The notes under the pieces: generated by a model
What the model was told of the DNA's origin: nothing
What the model saw: the letters and a program-made list of their open reading frames with translations, nothing else
Database searches by the model: none
Translations under genes and position numbers: made by a program
Shown here: positions 18,052 through 32,510 of the stretch, piece by piece
How positions within the stretch are numbered: position 1 is the first letter of the stretch
Layout of the letters: each line of letters opens with the position of its first letter
Origin: the human T2T-CHM13v2.0 reference genome, Homo sapiens
DNA length: 64,000 nucleotides
Assembly (NCBI RefSeq): GCF_009914755.1
Contig: NC_060925.1
Strand: one strand, 5' to 3'

Positions 18052-19024
18052 CTTTGAGGAAAAAATACAGATATAAATGTAAAAGTTTCTTCTAGGTGTG
18101 GTACTCTGCAATCATAAAAAACTTATTCTACCTTTAATTTGAACTTCCCTTACTAATCCCAGTTACCTTTATCTCAGCAGTTTTAAATGCCTTCACTTAC
18201 TTGATGGCTGTTGCATCAACTGCTTGAAAAATCACTTGAATTGCCTTTTTTTAACTCTTTGCTTGCTTACAATGTACTTTTTTAAAAAGGGGGATTTAAT
18301 TTTCTAGTTAGCAGAGTAGATGCAAGCAGTGTTTATATGTGAAAGAGTTACAGAGGGAGAAATTGGGAAGGAAAGATACAGAAGAAGATAAAAGTCTGAG
18401 GAAAATTGAATTGTCAAAATAAAATAGCAAAAAATAATACAAAGTAAAATAAAACCAGCAGTCAAATGGGTTTCTGTAAATAAGACATATGTTATGGTCT
18501 ATCTCTCCTCTTTTCTCGTTTACCAGTGTAAAATTGGTTAAAATAGAGACCTGTGTGCTGTTTGCCAAAATACAGCTGGAGAGAAAAACCAGTTTGGGAC
18601 AGGGATGGGGGAGAATTGTTGGGTGGAGGGGAGGAGGGGATCTCTGTATCAGGACGAGAAGAAACCTGGGTTAAAAAGTCAAAAGCATATGAAAACTAAA
18701 TTTGAAATTATGTGGATGGTCTAGTTGTTTCTTTCTAATGAAAATATTAATTTCCCCTTTGAATCAAGCTTTTTTGTTATTCCTATGCCACATGTCACAG
18801 TCATCTTGGTTTTCCCCCTCAAAGAAATGCTCTTACACCATGTATCCAAATGGCTTGCATCCTTCATTTCTTGCGACTCTTTATTCAAATGTTGCTTTCT
18901 CACAGCAGATTTTCCTGGCGAACCCATATAAAATAGCTGCCATCCCAGGCCTTGCTGCCCACCACTTTCTATTTTCTTACTCAGTTTTATTTTTGAGAGT
19001 ACTTATTCCCACCTAACAAATTGT

Positions 19025-19142
19025 TTTGTCTCTCCTCCAGTGAGTAAGCTCCAAAGGGCGGGAACTTTGTTCACTGTTATATCCCTAGCACCTACAACAG
19101 TGCCTGGCACGTGGTAGGTGTTCAGTTAGTATTTGTTATGAA
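19025..19142 (+). mobile_element. L2 3'-end relic
   Basis: GTAAGCTCC...CCTAGCACCTACAACAGTGCCTGGCACGTGGTAGGTGTTCAGTTAGTATTTG motif. Confidence 0.65.
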
Positions 19143-19417
19143 TTGTAGGCACTTGCATTTTATTTCCAGATTAATGTGTTTCTGTTTTGCTTTGTGTTTT
19201 TTTCCCAGAACTTTGTTTTTCACATAGATCACACTTTGGGATTGCCTTATAGAAGAAATCCTAAAAGCTATTTCTTTCAGTAGGTTGGTTGTATTTCCTG
19301 CCACAGTGACCAAAACTGACCTTTTTGAAAAGACTTTAGTAGCATATATATTAGTAGATTCTATTTAATGCATAGAAGGTGATGATTCTACAAAGAATGA
19401 AAGTTTTTCATACTTAC

Positions 19418-19688
19418 CTGCATACATATCTTTATCTCTGTCCAGTGTGGTGAATTGTTTACCATTATGCCACATCATAGAATCCCCTGCATTTCCCTGG
19501 TAAGTTCCCAGGCGCAGTCTATAGAATTCACTTTCAGGTTCCAGACGAAAGCTGCTGTATTCTGCATAGACTTTTTTATCACTCCAGTCTTCTAATTCAA
19601 TCAATAACTTGTAATTATCTTGATTGCTAAGCATATAGATATTTTCCAGTCCAAGCCAGTATTCTCCGTCAATGTTTCCAAACCCTTT
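19418..19688 (-). CDS. ANGPTL1: ANGPTL1 coding exon, fibrinogen domain (KGFGNIDGEYWLGLENIYMLSNQ...DKDMYA)
   Basis: AG at 19689-19690, GTAAGT donor at 19417; 271 nt; contains most of ORF 19365..19634. Confidence 0.96.
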
Positions 19689-20328
19689 CTGTTAATAAGT
19701 GAAGAAACATGAGTGCATAAATAAGTATAGAGATAGTAAACATTTTTACAGAGCAGTGTTAAACATTCGATAGCATAAAGATACTGGCCATTTAAGTGGT
19801 AATGTGAGCTTCCATTTTAGTTGGTCACTTGCGTTTTATAAGCCACACATTGTCATTCTCTTTTTGTTTGTTTGTTTTTTGCTTCTGATATGTCAGTATT
19901 CATTTGCATAGCTAGCTTCAAATCCTACAAATAAGACAATGCAAATGAGAATAAAATTTATCCATAGCTACTAAAAATATTAGCTAGTATACTACCCAGA
20001 TCCTTAAAAAGGGTTCCTGGTCTCTCTCATATTCATCTAAAGAGCCCAACATTTTTTTCCTAATAGTAATCTTTGTAAAGTAGTAAGTATAAGTCATCCA
20101 GACTGAAAGGGATCATTTAAAAGTATATCTTCTGTTTCCTTTTTGCAATTTAATTTTGACTTTAAAACCAGAGATGAGAATCATTTTTTTGACAGATGTA
20201 GATAATGAAAAAACATATGGATAGTTATTTTTAACTGTGTGTCTTATTTATTGCATAGCATCTTGTTTCTTGCATTATTGCAAGAATGGATTTGTTTTAC
20301 TTCCCTTAGGTCTGCATCACTGATTTAC

Positions 20329-20522
20329 CTTATAATTTTCCCAATTTCTGAAGAAGTTGACAGAGCCGTCTGTTCTTTTCTGAATAACAGTCCAACCCCC
20401 AGGGTCCAAACTGTTTTCACACCATAACTGCATTGGTCCATTGCTGTTTTCAGGTTTAATCATATAAATCCCACTGACCGAATGCCCAGCTTCTTTTGCT
20501 TGCTGACAGTCTTTGAATGGTC
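20329..20522 (-). CDS. ANGPTL1: ANGPTL1 coding exon, start of fibrinogen domain (GPFKDCQQAKEAG...GGWTVIQKRTDGSVNFFRNWENYK)
   Basis: AG at 20523-20524, GTAAAT donor; 194 nt; classic FReD GGWTVIQ.R.DGS.NF motif. Confidence 0.96.
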
Positions 20523-21737
20523 CTATAATTTAAATATCATTTATTATCAGCAAACTTAATATGAGAAGAGACATGTTAAAAGTTTTTAATCAAGATTTTT
20601 ACCTTTGTGTCTTTGTTTACAGTTACCATTGTTTATCATATATACAATATTATAAAATATAACTAAATAAAAGGGTGACTCCAGTTCTATCTGGAACATT
20701 AATTTGTTTCGTTTTCATCTGTTCTTTTCTTTTCCATATATGTATTTTTTATATTGTTATAATCCTAATACATGTAGAAAATTGGATTCTGTCTTAACAT
20801 TTTCATGCAGCTATAGTCTCCATTCTAGCTGCATAATAATCCTTGACATTGATATATTTTTATCCTTCTATCATTGGACATTGAGGTTTTATGGATTTTT
20901 GCTATTATAAAAACACTGCACAAAGTGTCTTCATTCTTATTGAATTCATTTTTTAATATTATAAAAATGCTGAGGGATCGATCTACTGGATCAGAGGATA
21001 TCAGTTTATTCATAGTCCTACATAATACCCAAGTTACAGTTTTGGAAATTTGATTTCAGTGGAACATACTAGTACCTTGAGATACTCATTGCAAATGGGG
21101 TCAGTCAAATAAGTTTTAGAAATGCAAAATATTATGTTTCCCTTTTGGAAATTCTCAATGTACATTCACATATTAAAGACTGAAAAGCCCTGAAATAAAC
21201 CAGATGCCCAAACTCATAGAATCTTAAATTTCCCCCAACAACACTTACTAACAGCCCATGAGAATACATTTCAGGAATGTTAGCATAAATGAGTATCTAA
21301 AGAGTTGTATCAATCTGTATGACTAATAGTAATTTTCTCATTTAACCTACAGTTACCTGGTGATAGTTGATAGATGTTCTAGAGATAGAACGATTAACTA
21401 AGGTCATGTATCACAGAAGATGGTAAACCCTAGATAGACATAAATCCTTGTCTAATCCCAGAGTCCCTGCTCTGAACTGCTGTGTTGCATGCATTTGCCC
21501 TCATGTTATTTCATAATTTTAGGTATTCTCCATTTTTAATCCACTAATAATTTCTTCAAATTTTACAAGTGACAACACATTTTGTGAAATTACTTTTAGG
21601 GTGTCTGACTCTTGAACTTGAGATTTCCACATTTTTGGATCAGGTGAATATCATCCTTCTCCAGTGTTTCGAGCCTTTTTTATAAACATGCAAAATATAT
21701 TAATGGATTTAGAAAAAAGAATTACCCTAAAGATCTC

Positions 21738-21898
21738 TTAGAACAAAAAATGTATAAAAATTCTGATTGTCAAATTTTATATTTTACTAGAAATATGTGA
21801 GAGTTTAGTCAAGTAAAGTTCTTAACAAGAATTTCTGTACTATAAGGATAATAGGATTGTTGAAATTTTGAGAAATGTGTTATCTATACTTTGCCAGA
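21738..21898 (+). repeat. Unique-looking 161-bp segment, copy A of a local duplication
   Basis: Near-identical to 22741-22928. Confidence 0.9.
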
Positions 21899-22740
21899 TA
21901 TGTACAGTATTCCTTTTGGGTCTTACTGGGATAGAATTAATCTCATTAGGTAGTTACACAACTATAACAATAGAAGGGATTCTTAGAGACTATGATCTCT
22001 TCCTTGTAGATTGTTCCGTGAGGACAGAGACTTTTTTTTTTTTTTTTTACTTCATATCATCAGTGTTTAAACCCTTAGGAAACTGTCTATAATTTTTTGT
22101 TGATTAAATTTCTCATTTTAAATACAAGGAAATTGAAAAGTACACGCAAAAATCAAGAGGACATCAGTTTCTCTAGTCCAAATGTTTATTATAGTTCATT
22201 GATATTTTTCTCTTAAATTTTTAAAAATTATAATGCAATATCCATAAGTAGTACAGACTAGTAAAAATTTGAGAAACTGGAAAGCCTTATTTATGGTGTC
22301 TTTCCTGCGTTATATTTATTTTAGGTATTGTATTTTTTAGTTCTAGAGTTGCAATTTGATTTTTTATAGTTTTTATTTCTCTTTTGAGATGCCCTATCTT
22401 TGCATTCGTTATAAACATATTTTCCTTTAAGACATTGAAAATAGCTACAACCACTACTTTAAAATTATTGTCCTTTCAGTTCCAAGTTTGCTGAGAGTTT
22501 TTATCATGAATGGATTTTGGATTTTTTCAAAGGCTTTTAAAATCTTTTCTTTTTTAATTTCTTTTCTAACTAGACACATCACAGGAATCAAAGGCTTTTT
22601 ATCTGCCTATTGAGATGATGATAGGGTTTTTCTTTTTGTTGTTTGTTAATACACGAATTACATTGAATATATATACATTTTATATATAATATCTAATATA
22701 AGAACAAAAAAGTAATATATATAAGAACAAAATATATATA

Positions 22741-23290
<550 letters not shown>

Positions 23291-26070
23291 TTTACATTGA
23301 TTGTATTTTGAATGTTAAACCAACTTTGTGCTTCTGGGATAGACTCAACTTAGTGAACGTATTCAGAGCCCTTAACACTATACCCAACAAAGTAGTCATC
23401 ATCGGTAATTGTTAGTTATTTCGTTTCTCCTTTATTCCTCATCTTAACACATAATTGTAGCTTATTTAATAAAGTAGCTTATTTAATGTCTGCTTATTTA
23501 ATAAATTTAATATAGCTCATCAAAGATGAATGTACAGTCATTTCTACTGCAGATAAATATTACTGAAAAACCTCATGTTCTGCAAATTCATGCGTTAAAA
23601 ATAGTAGCCAATTTTAGCTCTTAACATAATTTGTATTCAGCTGCAGTTACCTGTGGCACAAAACATTAATGTGCTTGGAAAAAATCCCATGTAAACCAGT
23701 ATAACCTCTCTGTTTTGCTACCACTATTCTCCTTTTCACTAGTCACATATGGGCTACTTCACATTATAGAAACATGCATTGTAGTCAAGTAGGAAGGAAG
23801 GGTAAAGAGCCTATATTTCAGAAAAGATGAAATTTACAGAATTTTAATTTCTTATGTGGGAGTGAGATGGAAGGAAAAGTAAATTATGACTCCCAGGTTC
23901 ATACTTAGATTATTGCGTGTAATGCAGGTAGTATATTTGTATACTTACAGTATTCATAGGCAAGGACTTTATCTTTCAGTATGTATCCACAGTTTGAGCC
24001 CACTTAGGAATTCAGATATGTAGATATGAAACTATGTGATTCCTAGTAGGCATGGTTCCCAGAATTCCCTTAGTTCTGCATTATTCTTTCAAGAAATGTC
24101 TTTTCTGCATCTACTACAGGCTAAGGACTGTTTTAGGCTCAAGGGATAAAGAAACAACCTTAGAGTCAAGTGGGGGGTGGGAGAAGTCACAAGAAAGAGA
24201 GAATTCCACTATAATATGACAAGTACTTTGATGGAGTTATGTAGCGCACATGGTAGCAAAGTCTAAGAACTAGCTGAGATATCTGAGGAGCATTGCTCTT
24301 ACTTTAAAACCTATTAGTATTATAGTTAATGCACACATGAAAGTAGTTTTGTTACAACATATATATATTTATCTCATTTTATAAATTTGCATATTCTGTA
24401 AATGTTATGCTTATTGCTTATTCTATGAATATCATTTTCGTAAATGTTTACTCTGCATTCATTTGAGTATAGTTTTGACAGTTTACATTTAAGTATATAT
24501 TCAAAGGTTGGACTTTTATTAGGTTATTTGCTTTGCTGCAGAATATTTAGAAACATCAGTGTTCTGAATGTTGACAGAATATTTGTCAAGTATCATTTGT
24601 TCCATAGAGCTATACTCATTTTTTGCTATTTAATAGACACTCAGATGTTTAAAGCAAAATAGAGAGTTCTGGTTTTCTGAATCCAGCTTTGATTTCATAA
24701 GACTTCAATTATGCAAATTTAAGATTATCTTCAGCTTTAATTTTCAACCCATGTTTTGCAGTGGGCTTTGTGTTTACAGTTGGATATCTGTTAGACTTAG
24801 GGAAATGTAGTTGAAGTTCTTTTCCAGAACATATGGATAAAATTTAGCAGTGCCTAAAGCTATTTTTTTCTCCTCAGTAAAGATATTAGATATCAGAATT
24901 CAATATTTATTTGTATTTATTTTTATAAACATACCATTAACCTGTCTTAGTCCAGTGTATATTGTTGATCCTAGCAGAAATATTTTCTCATTATTACTTG
25001 AAAATCTTATTTACTTTCTGCCCTAAAATTAGATTCTCTATTGTCCCTATCTTAAATGTTTTCACTGCTTTTTCTGTACCATAAAGAACATTGCTTGAAA
25101 GAAATTAATGACAAATAGAAAATTTTAAGCTTTATTCTTGAGAAGCCAGATTTAATTCACAGGTTTGCATATTTTCAGAAATAAATTGATTGATCTGTGA
25201 ATCAGGAATTTGTTCATGATGATTCAAAAGGTATAAACTGGAATTACCTTTCTTTTAAACTAAGCATAGTATCAACTATTTTTTGCAAGAGTCTTCTCAA
25301 AGCAGGCAACTGGAATTCTGTACATTGAATTTGAAGAACCAGTCTCTCTGTTCCTCAATTTATGTGAGGATTAAAGTTTACATAGGGCTAATGAAACCAT
25401 ATTAATACCTCTGATTTATAGAAAGAAAAATGTTGACCAGTCATGCCACATTATTTCCCAAGGTGTATTTATTAAGAACCCATATTTTGAATAGAACAGT
25501 GAGTTAAAAAAGAAAAAAGGATTTCACACTTTGAATAGCAGCTTTACTGGGAGCCATCTGTAACATATGTGTTCTTTTTCTGTAAAAAGAGCTTTTACAA
25601 AGAGAATTACAGATTACAAAGAGAATCCTTTTTATGACAGGAGAAACAGTAAACCAATTCAGAGCTTTCAAATTATTGGTTACCAAGTAGGATCTTTTGA
25701 GAGGTAAACTTTTCAGTTGGGTTGTGCATTAACTTTCAGTTAAATATATTCAACATTTCTGGAGTGGGAAGTTTGAGACAAATACTTTCTGAAGTGACAG
25801 TAGGGTCTTTCTGTAATAATATGAATTACTTAGTTTATTAATCTGTATGTTTAAACTGTATTTAGCAACCCAAACTTTTAATTATTAAAGAATTTATCAA
25901 TTACGTTCTCATAACTGGCTAATACAGTCATTTTCCAACAGCACCTTGGCTTAACTAGTTTTTTTGTTTTGTATTAAATGTTAGTATAAGTATTCCATTG
26001 AAACCAATTATACCTAAAAAGTATATTAAGAAGCATTATAAATAATTTGAAAAATGTAAATATTTGGTGA

Positions 26071-26338
<268 letters not shown>

Positions 26339-26429
26339 TAATATGACAAGGAAAGACACATAAAGGGAAGTGTACAAAATATGCAATGATTAATGGTGGT
26401 CAAACCATGCCACATCATACACGAAGCAC

Positions 26430-26705
26430 TTTTTTTTTTTTTTTTTTTTTGAGACGGAGTCTCGCTCTGTCGCCAGGCTGGAGTGCAGTGTCGCGATCTC
26501 GGCTCACTGCAAGCTCTGCCTCCCGGGTTCATGCCATTCTCCTGCCTCTGCCCGCCCCGCCCCCCCCAACCGCCCAAGTAGCTGGGACTACAGGCGCCCG
26601 CCACCACGCCTGGCTAATTTTTTTGTATTTTTGGTAGAGACGGGGTTTCGCCATGTTAGCCAGGATGGTCTCGATCTCCTGACCTCGTGATCCACCCGTC
26701 TCGGC
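26430..26705 (-). mobile_element. Alu (Y/Sc-like), slightly 5'-truncated, with a C-rich internal insertion
   Basis: Y-type diagnostics; TSD TACAC(G/A)AAGCACTT. Confidence 0.9.
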
Positions 26706-27169
26706 TACACAAAGCACTTCTACCTGTACCCCCTCATTTAATCATCACAACAATTTATTTTACAAAAGAGGCAACTGGACCCCAGAAAGCTTTGCCAGAA
26801 TCCAAGTTTACTGATACTCAGATCTATGCTTTTACACATGGTGAAGGAACTTTCTCCACTCAGCTCTCCTACAAGGAATAAACTTGTTTTTATAAATACG
26901 CTATTTGTAAAAGAGTAATTTTTTTTAATAAAAGACTAACCCAAAATGCAGGCACCAAATAACATTAATAGTTAAGAATTTCATTGATTGCAGCTTGTCA
27001 GGTGTATTATTACATTCTCAAACATTTTGTTTTTAAGGTAGAGAAGAAGGTAATGTGTTTGAAAAATGTTTTTTATCTAAATACTATTTTTTATAACTTC
27101 ATGGGTTTTTTGAGGTAGATTTTTCTTATAACCATTTTTAAAGAAAATAAAAGATTGTCATAACATCTT

Positions 27170-27450
27170 TTATAAAATGTGATATGCATAATTACTGTCT
27201 TCACCATTTTTAAATGTACAGTTTATTGGCATTAAGAACATTTATATTGTACAGCCATCACCACCATCCTTCTCCAGAACTCTTCATCTTGCAAAACTGT
27301 AACTATTAAATAACCATTAAACAACTCCCCATTCACCCTCCGCCTAACATCTGGCAGCCACAATTCTACTTTCTGTCTATGAATTTGACCACTCTAAATA
27401 CTTCATATAAGTAGAGTCTCATACAGTGTTTATCTTTTGTAACTGGCTAA
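27170..27450 (-). mobile_element. Old L1M 3'-end relic
   Basis: CATCACCACCATCC...CAGAACTCTTCATCTTGCAAAACTG...CTACTTTCTGTCTATGAATTTGAC similarity. Confidence 0.65.
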
Positions 27451-28484
27451 ACACCTCTTAAAATATACATTGTTGTATATTTTCACCTTATGCATGTGGA
27501 GACTTTAGAATGACCATGTACCTCCATGTAAAGTACAGTAATAGGAATTTCTTGGTGCCAGAGCATACATAAGTACACCAGTAGCCATCCATCTTTACCC
27601 TTTTTGTGCAAGCACCTAAACAGCCTGAGACATTTTTTTCCAGACAGATGTAAAAATAACATAAGTGAATAATTGAGCACATTGTGTAAGGAAAATAGCC
27701 AGCCTATTTGTTGTTGCTTGTAGTAATTTAATTTAGTAAGCATCACAGAATATTAGAATTTGAAAAGGATATTAGAATAATCCAGTCCAGCACTCTCATT
27801 ATACAAATGAGAAAACACAAACTGGCAGTGACTTACCCAAGGTCACATAACAAAGGTAGTGGTAGAACCAGGTGTTCTTAATTCCATGCTCTTTCCCTTA
27901 TATGTTCATTAATGTACTAATTAGTATAGTAATTCTTATGGTCTAGCAGATTATCCCTTTGAATTTAAGAGATCCACATTTATAGAATAAAATAAGTAAA
28001 AAGTTAATGTTTACATAAAACAAATAATGAATAACAGAAAAAGTTATCTGCCCTTAATTTTTGTGTTAAAGAAAGTTTCACTGGGGATAGGTACACCATG
28101 TTTTCATTAAAACAAAATGTGTTTAAGAGGACTTTTGACATACTAAATCCCTAATATGAGGTTTAATTCTGTAGCATTCGTGGGTTTTTTTTTTTGTACT
28201 AATGCTAAGTGTATAATAAAACATAGAATTGGTATGTTTCATTTTGTATAAACATTTTCTTAGAAAAGTTTGTCAGTGTTTAAAAATGTGAATAGTGATT
28301 TCTGCTAGAATTGGTTATACCATCCACTCAAGCTTCAGGGATCACATAGAATACTCCATGGCAGTTGTCTTCATACTTACATAATTGTATACCTCATCAG
28401 TTAAAAAAATTCACACAGCTCAATTATGTTTATTTATAACTTACGTATACAAACTACTGATAAATTATATAAAAGCTTACATAA

Positions 28485-28905
<421 letters not shown>

Positions 28906-29328
28906 GAGGATATTAATAATGATAATCATTTACTTAATTTAATGATACTCTGGCCTATTGCTACTGTAACTTAGAACAGTATAAAATGAACAAATCCAAT
29001 ATGATATAACGTATTAAATTACTTTCATGAGGGTCTTTGGAATGACAATTTTAAGAAGCTCTATAAAAATGTCACCAAATCAACTAACACATATTTAGCA
29101 ACTGCAGGTAAGACACTGTAACCATCTACCAGGAAGGAGCTTATAATATAGTTGGAAAGCCTCTTAGTTAGATGTATTCTGAGTGTATGTAAAGATAATT
29201 GATAATTTAAGAGGGACTATACAAAATGTCTTATGTATGTTACAGAGAGTAGAGGTATTCATGGAGAGGAACGATCACTTCAAACCTGTAGGCGTCAACA
29301 AGGGCCTCAAGGAGGAGTTGCATTTTTT

Positions 29329-29329
<1 letters not shown>

Positions 29330-29363
<34 letters not shown>

Positions 29364-29388
29364 TTTGGTTGGTTGGTTGGTTGGTTTG
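29330..29388. repeat. (TTTA)n(TTGG)n compound microsatellite
   Basis: Visible tetranucleotide runs. Confidence 0.92.
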
Positions 29389-29689
29389 GCTTGAGCCTTA
29401 TTCTTTGAGTAGGCAGAAAGCATGAAAATATTTAGGGGAAAATGAGTGAATTTGTTTTATTGGAACAGATGGTTTTTGTGAAGGAAACTAGTGGAAGGTC
29501 CGCTAGGAAAGTAGGCTTCATTCTTTAGGAGGACATTATTCTTAGCCAGACTAAGCAAATTGGACTTTTTCTGTTTGCAGAAGCAGATATGTGAGTAGTT
29601 TAAGAAGATGAATCTGCTGGCAATGTAAATATATTTTGATGGAGAGAGAAAACAGAGTTACACCAGTTGGCAAGCTATTACACAGTTCA

Positions 29690-29845
29690 TAGTAAGAACT
29701 AACATTTGAGTGCCAGGCACTGTTCTAAGCACTCTTCAATTGTTAAATCTTATGCAGTAAATACTGTTATTCCCATTTCACAGGTAAGGAAACTGAGGCA
29801 CAGATAATTTTCTTTCCCCTAAGATCACACAGCTGGTAGCCTATG
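29690..29845 (-). mobile_element. MIR relic
   Basis: CCCATTTCACAGGTAAGGAAACTGAGGCACAG...AAGATCACACAGCT. Confidence 0.7.
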
Positions 29846-31687
29846 GAGTCTCTGTCTTCTAGCTGCTGCTGTGGATCATTTGAATCTAAACAAGAGTTCT
29901 GGCTCTGAATAGAAATGAGGGACATGCACACAAGAGACCAAAAAGGGGACATGAGTAGAATTCAGTGGACTGTGTATGGGGCAGCTGGGGAAGTATCAAA
30001 GATGAGCCAAGCTTATTTGGAAATGGATGACAACATTAATCAAAACAGAGATGTTGAGATCAAATGGTGAAAAGACAGTTAACTGTCTTCCAGAAGCATT
30101 CAGACCAGCAAGGAGACAGACATAAATAAATAACTTCAGTGTAATATCATATAGAAAACATGTTTAAGAAATAGTCAGTGATTTGGGGAAAAAGCCACCT
30201 AGGTGTGTTTGTTTGAATCTAGGAAGTCATAACATCAGAGGTATTATTTGAGTTAAGCCTTGAGATCTGCTAAATTGACGACAGATAAGCTGAAAGAAGG
30301 TGTTTCAGTAAAGAAAGCAGTAGCATGTGAGGTAATGGTGAAATATCCAAATGCAAACGTCTAGCTTTGGTTAAATCAGGAGGGAGAGCTACATTCAGGA
30401 ATCATCTGAGCAGTGGTGATACTTGAAGCCAAAATACTCTAAAGTAGAATATCTTGAAGAAAGACTTTAAGGCATAGAAGGAAGAAGATGCCAGTGAAGG
30501 ACCTAAAGAAATAGGAAGTGAAGGAAGAATATTAAAATGTAGAAGGCCAGGAAAGCAGGGCTGTGAATAGCGAAGTGGTATTCACTGACAGAGAGATGAA
30601 ACCACTTCATGATATATTTCTTTCTAGTCTTTAGTCTGTGTTTTTATTGTTATTGTTTAAAATTATTTCATAGTATATGTTTTATGTCCTGCCTTTTCAA
30701 TAAGTGAATGAGCTGCAATTTATTTACTCGTTGCTTTGGGGCATTTGGGTTTTCCCTTCCACTCTAAGGAAGCAAATCAGCTTGTAAAGGATTCTGGGGA
30801 ATGAGTTGTGAGAAAATGGATGCAAGTGTAAAATAAACATAAAATACTGAATTCAGAAAGTTAGCAGTGGGTTTAGTAAACTGAAACAAAGATGAATTAT
30901 TCATCTTTGCTTTCTGGACACCTAGATCAGTGACTGACATTGAATGCATGAAGAGAGAAAGAAATGAAATTTAAAAGTAGAGTTTGGAATCATGCATGAT
31001 CAATGCAATAGTTTTTTTTTATAATAATGAACATTTATATTTCTTAGGATACACAGTACTAATTGTTTAGCCTTGGAAAATAGGAGGGATACCTTTTCTT
31101 GAGGCTGACGGCAAGAAGGCATGGCTTTTGTACAGATGCTTTCAAGATAAGAAAGAACAAAACCCAGGACCTGATTAGACTTACTCAGTATAGTAGTAGT
31201 TGAGTCATCTGCTGAGAGTGGAGATAATGAGGTGTAATTACAGCTTGAAGAGAGTGAAAGCAAAATTTTACATGTTTCTTTTGAAGAAGATGATGTACAA
31301 GCAGCAGGAAGTAAATAAAAGAATTGTCGGGTAGCAGCGACGACCTAGCTAGAAGCTGATAGGATGGTTATGGTGCACAGGAGTGGTTCGGAGTGGAGCA
31401 TGTACTTATTCCTGTCTCAAGAATAGTAGCCCCTCGATCATAAGAATTTGGATGGAAGACTGGTTTTTTTCACAGAATACATTAAGTTTTTATAAACTCC
31501 TGGAACTTCAGAGCTGGAAGAGGAGATGTATTTAAGTTCAATTCTTGATATTAATAAAAAACAATAGAAATTTTAATGTACATATATAACATCGCAAAAT
31601 GAATAAGCATTTATTATGAGCATTGTTTCATAAGGCATAAAAATATAAACCTCATACTCCCACTTTTTACAGTAAGAGGTAACTCAC

Positions 31688-32510
31688 CTTCATTGATGAA
31701 AGTTACCGGTGGTATCTTGAAAGGGCTTTTGGTGGGAGAAGTTGCCAGATCAGGTGGTGGCATTAAATCTCTGGGATAACCTGGATCCCTCTGAATCTCG
31801 TTACCTCCCAGCAGACCAGGAGTATACTGTTGGCTGTTAGGAATATGTTGTGGCACCACCTGGACAAGTGGGGGAGACACATGGGTGTCTTGTCGGGAAA
31901 ATATCCTCAAGCACTGTTCTTCCAACAAAGTGATCATCACAGATTGGTTATTGACAAGATCAGTCAAGGAAGCGTATTTCACCTCTAGTTCCCTGTATCT
32001 TGTTGCCATCTTCAACATTTCTGTGGTGACATTGAGGATTTTGTTTTCCAGTTGGGAAAGTTCAAGTGAATTATCCCTCTTACGGATAATCTCATGTAAT
32101 AATTGCATATAGAGTTGAGTAACACGAGAGTTCATGTTACGGCTTTCCTTTCTCAGCAGCTTTACCTCATTCACAATGTTTCCATCTACATCCACCACCA
32201 GTTGCAGAACATCTATCTCCCGCTTCTGCCTGGAGAGCACATCCTTCAGGTTTTCAAGGTCCATCCTGGTGATCATGTCTTTAATGGTACTTGCATCTTG
32301 CCCCTTGGTGTTGACACAGATTGGCCCTGTTATTCTTTGTTCAGGTACCAGGAATGTGTATGCACATTTCTTTGCTTCCTCTTTACCATCTGTGGCACGA
32401 GGGTATCTTCTCTGGTTTATTTTTTTAATTTTGAATTGTCCACCTCTGCAATGTCCAGTGTCCACTAGTAGGAAGAATAGCACACCTAGGGTCCAGGTAA
32501 AAGTCTTCAT
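31688..32510 (-). CDS. ANGPTL1: ANGPTL1 first coding exon: signal peptide and coiled coil (MKTFTWTLGVLFFLLVDTGHCRG...PPVTFINE)
   Basis: ORF 31614..32510 recognised as the angiopoietin-related protein 1 N-terminus; GTGAGT donor at 31687; acceptor AG at 32537-32538 adds 26 nt of 5'UTR (exon 31688-32536). Confidence 0.97.

Noticed and set aside
18308-19016. Cluster of overlapping ORFs in the last ANGPTL1 intron
   Set aside because: Low-complexity translations with no recognisable domain or splice support.
23458-23505. GCTTATTTAAT repeated three times
   Set aside because: A short AT-rich slippage product with no evidence of function.
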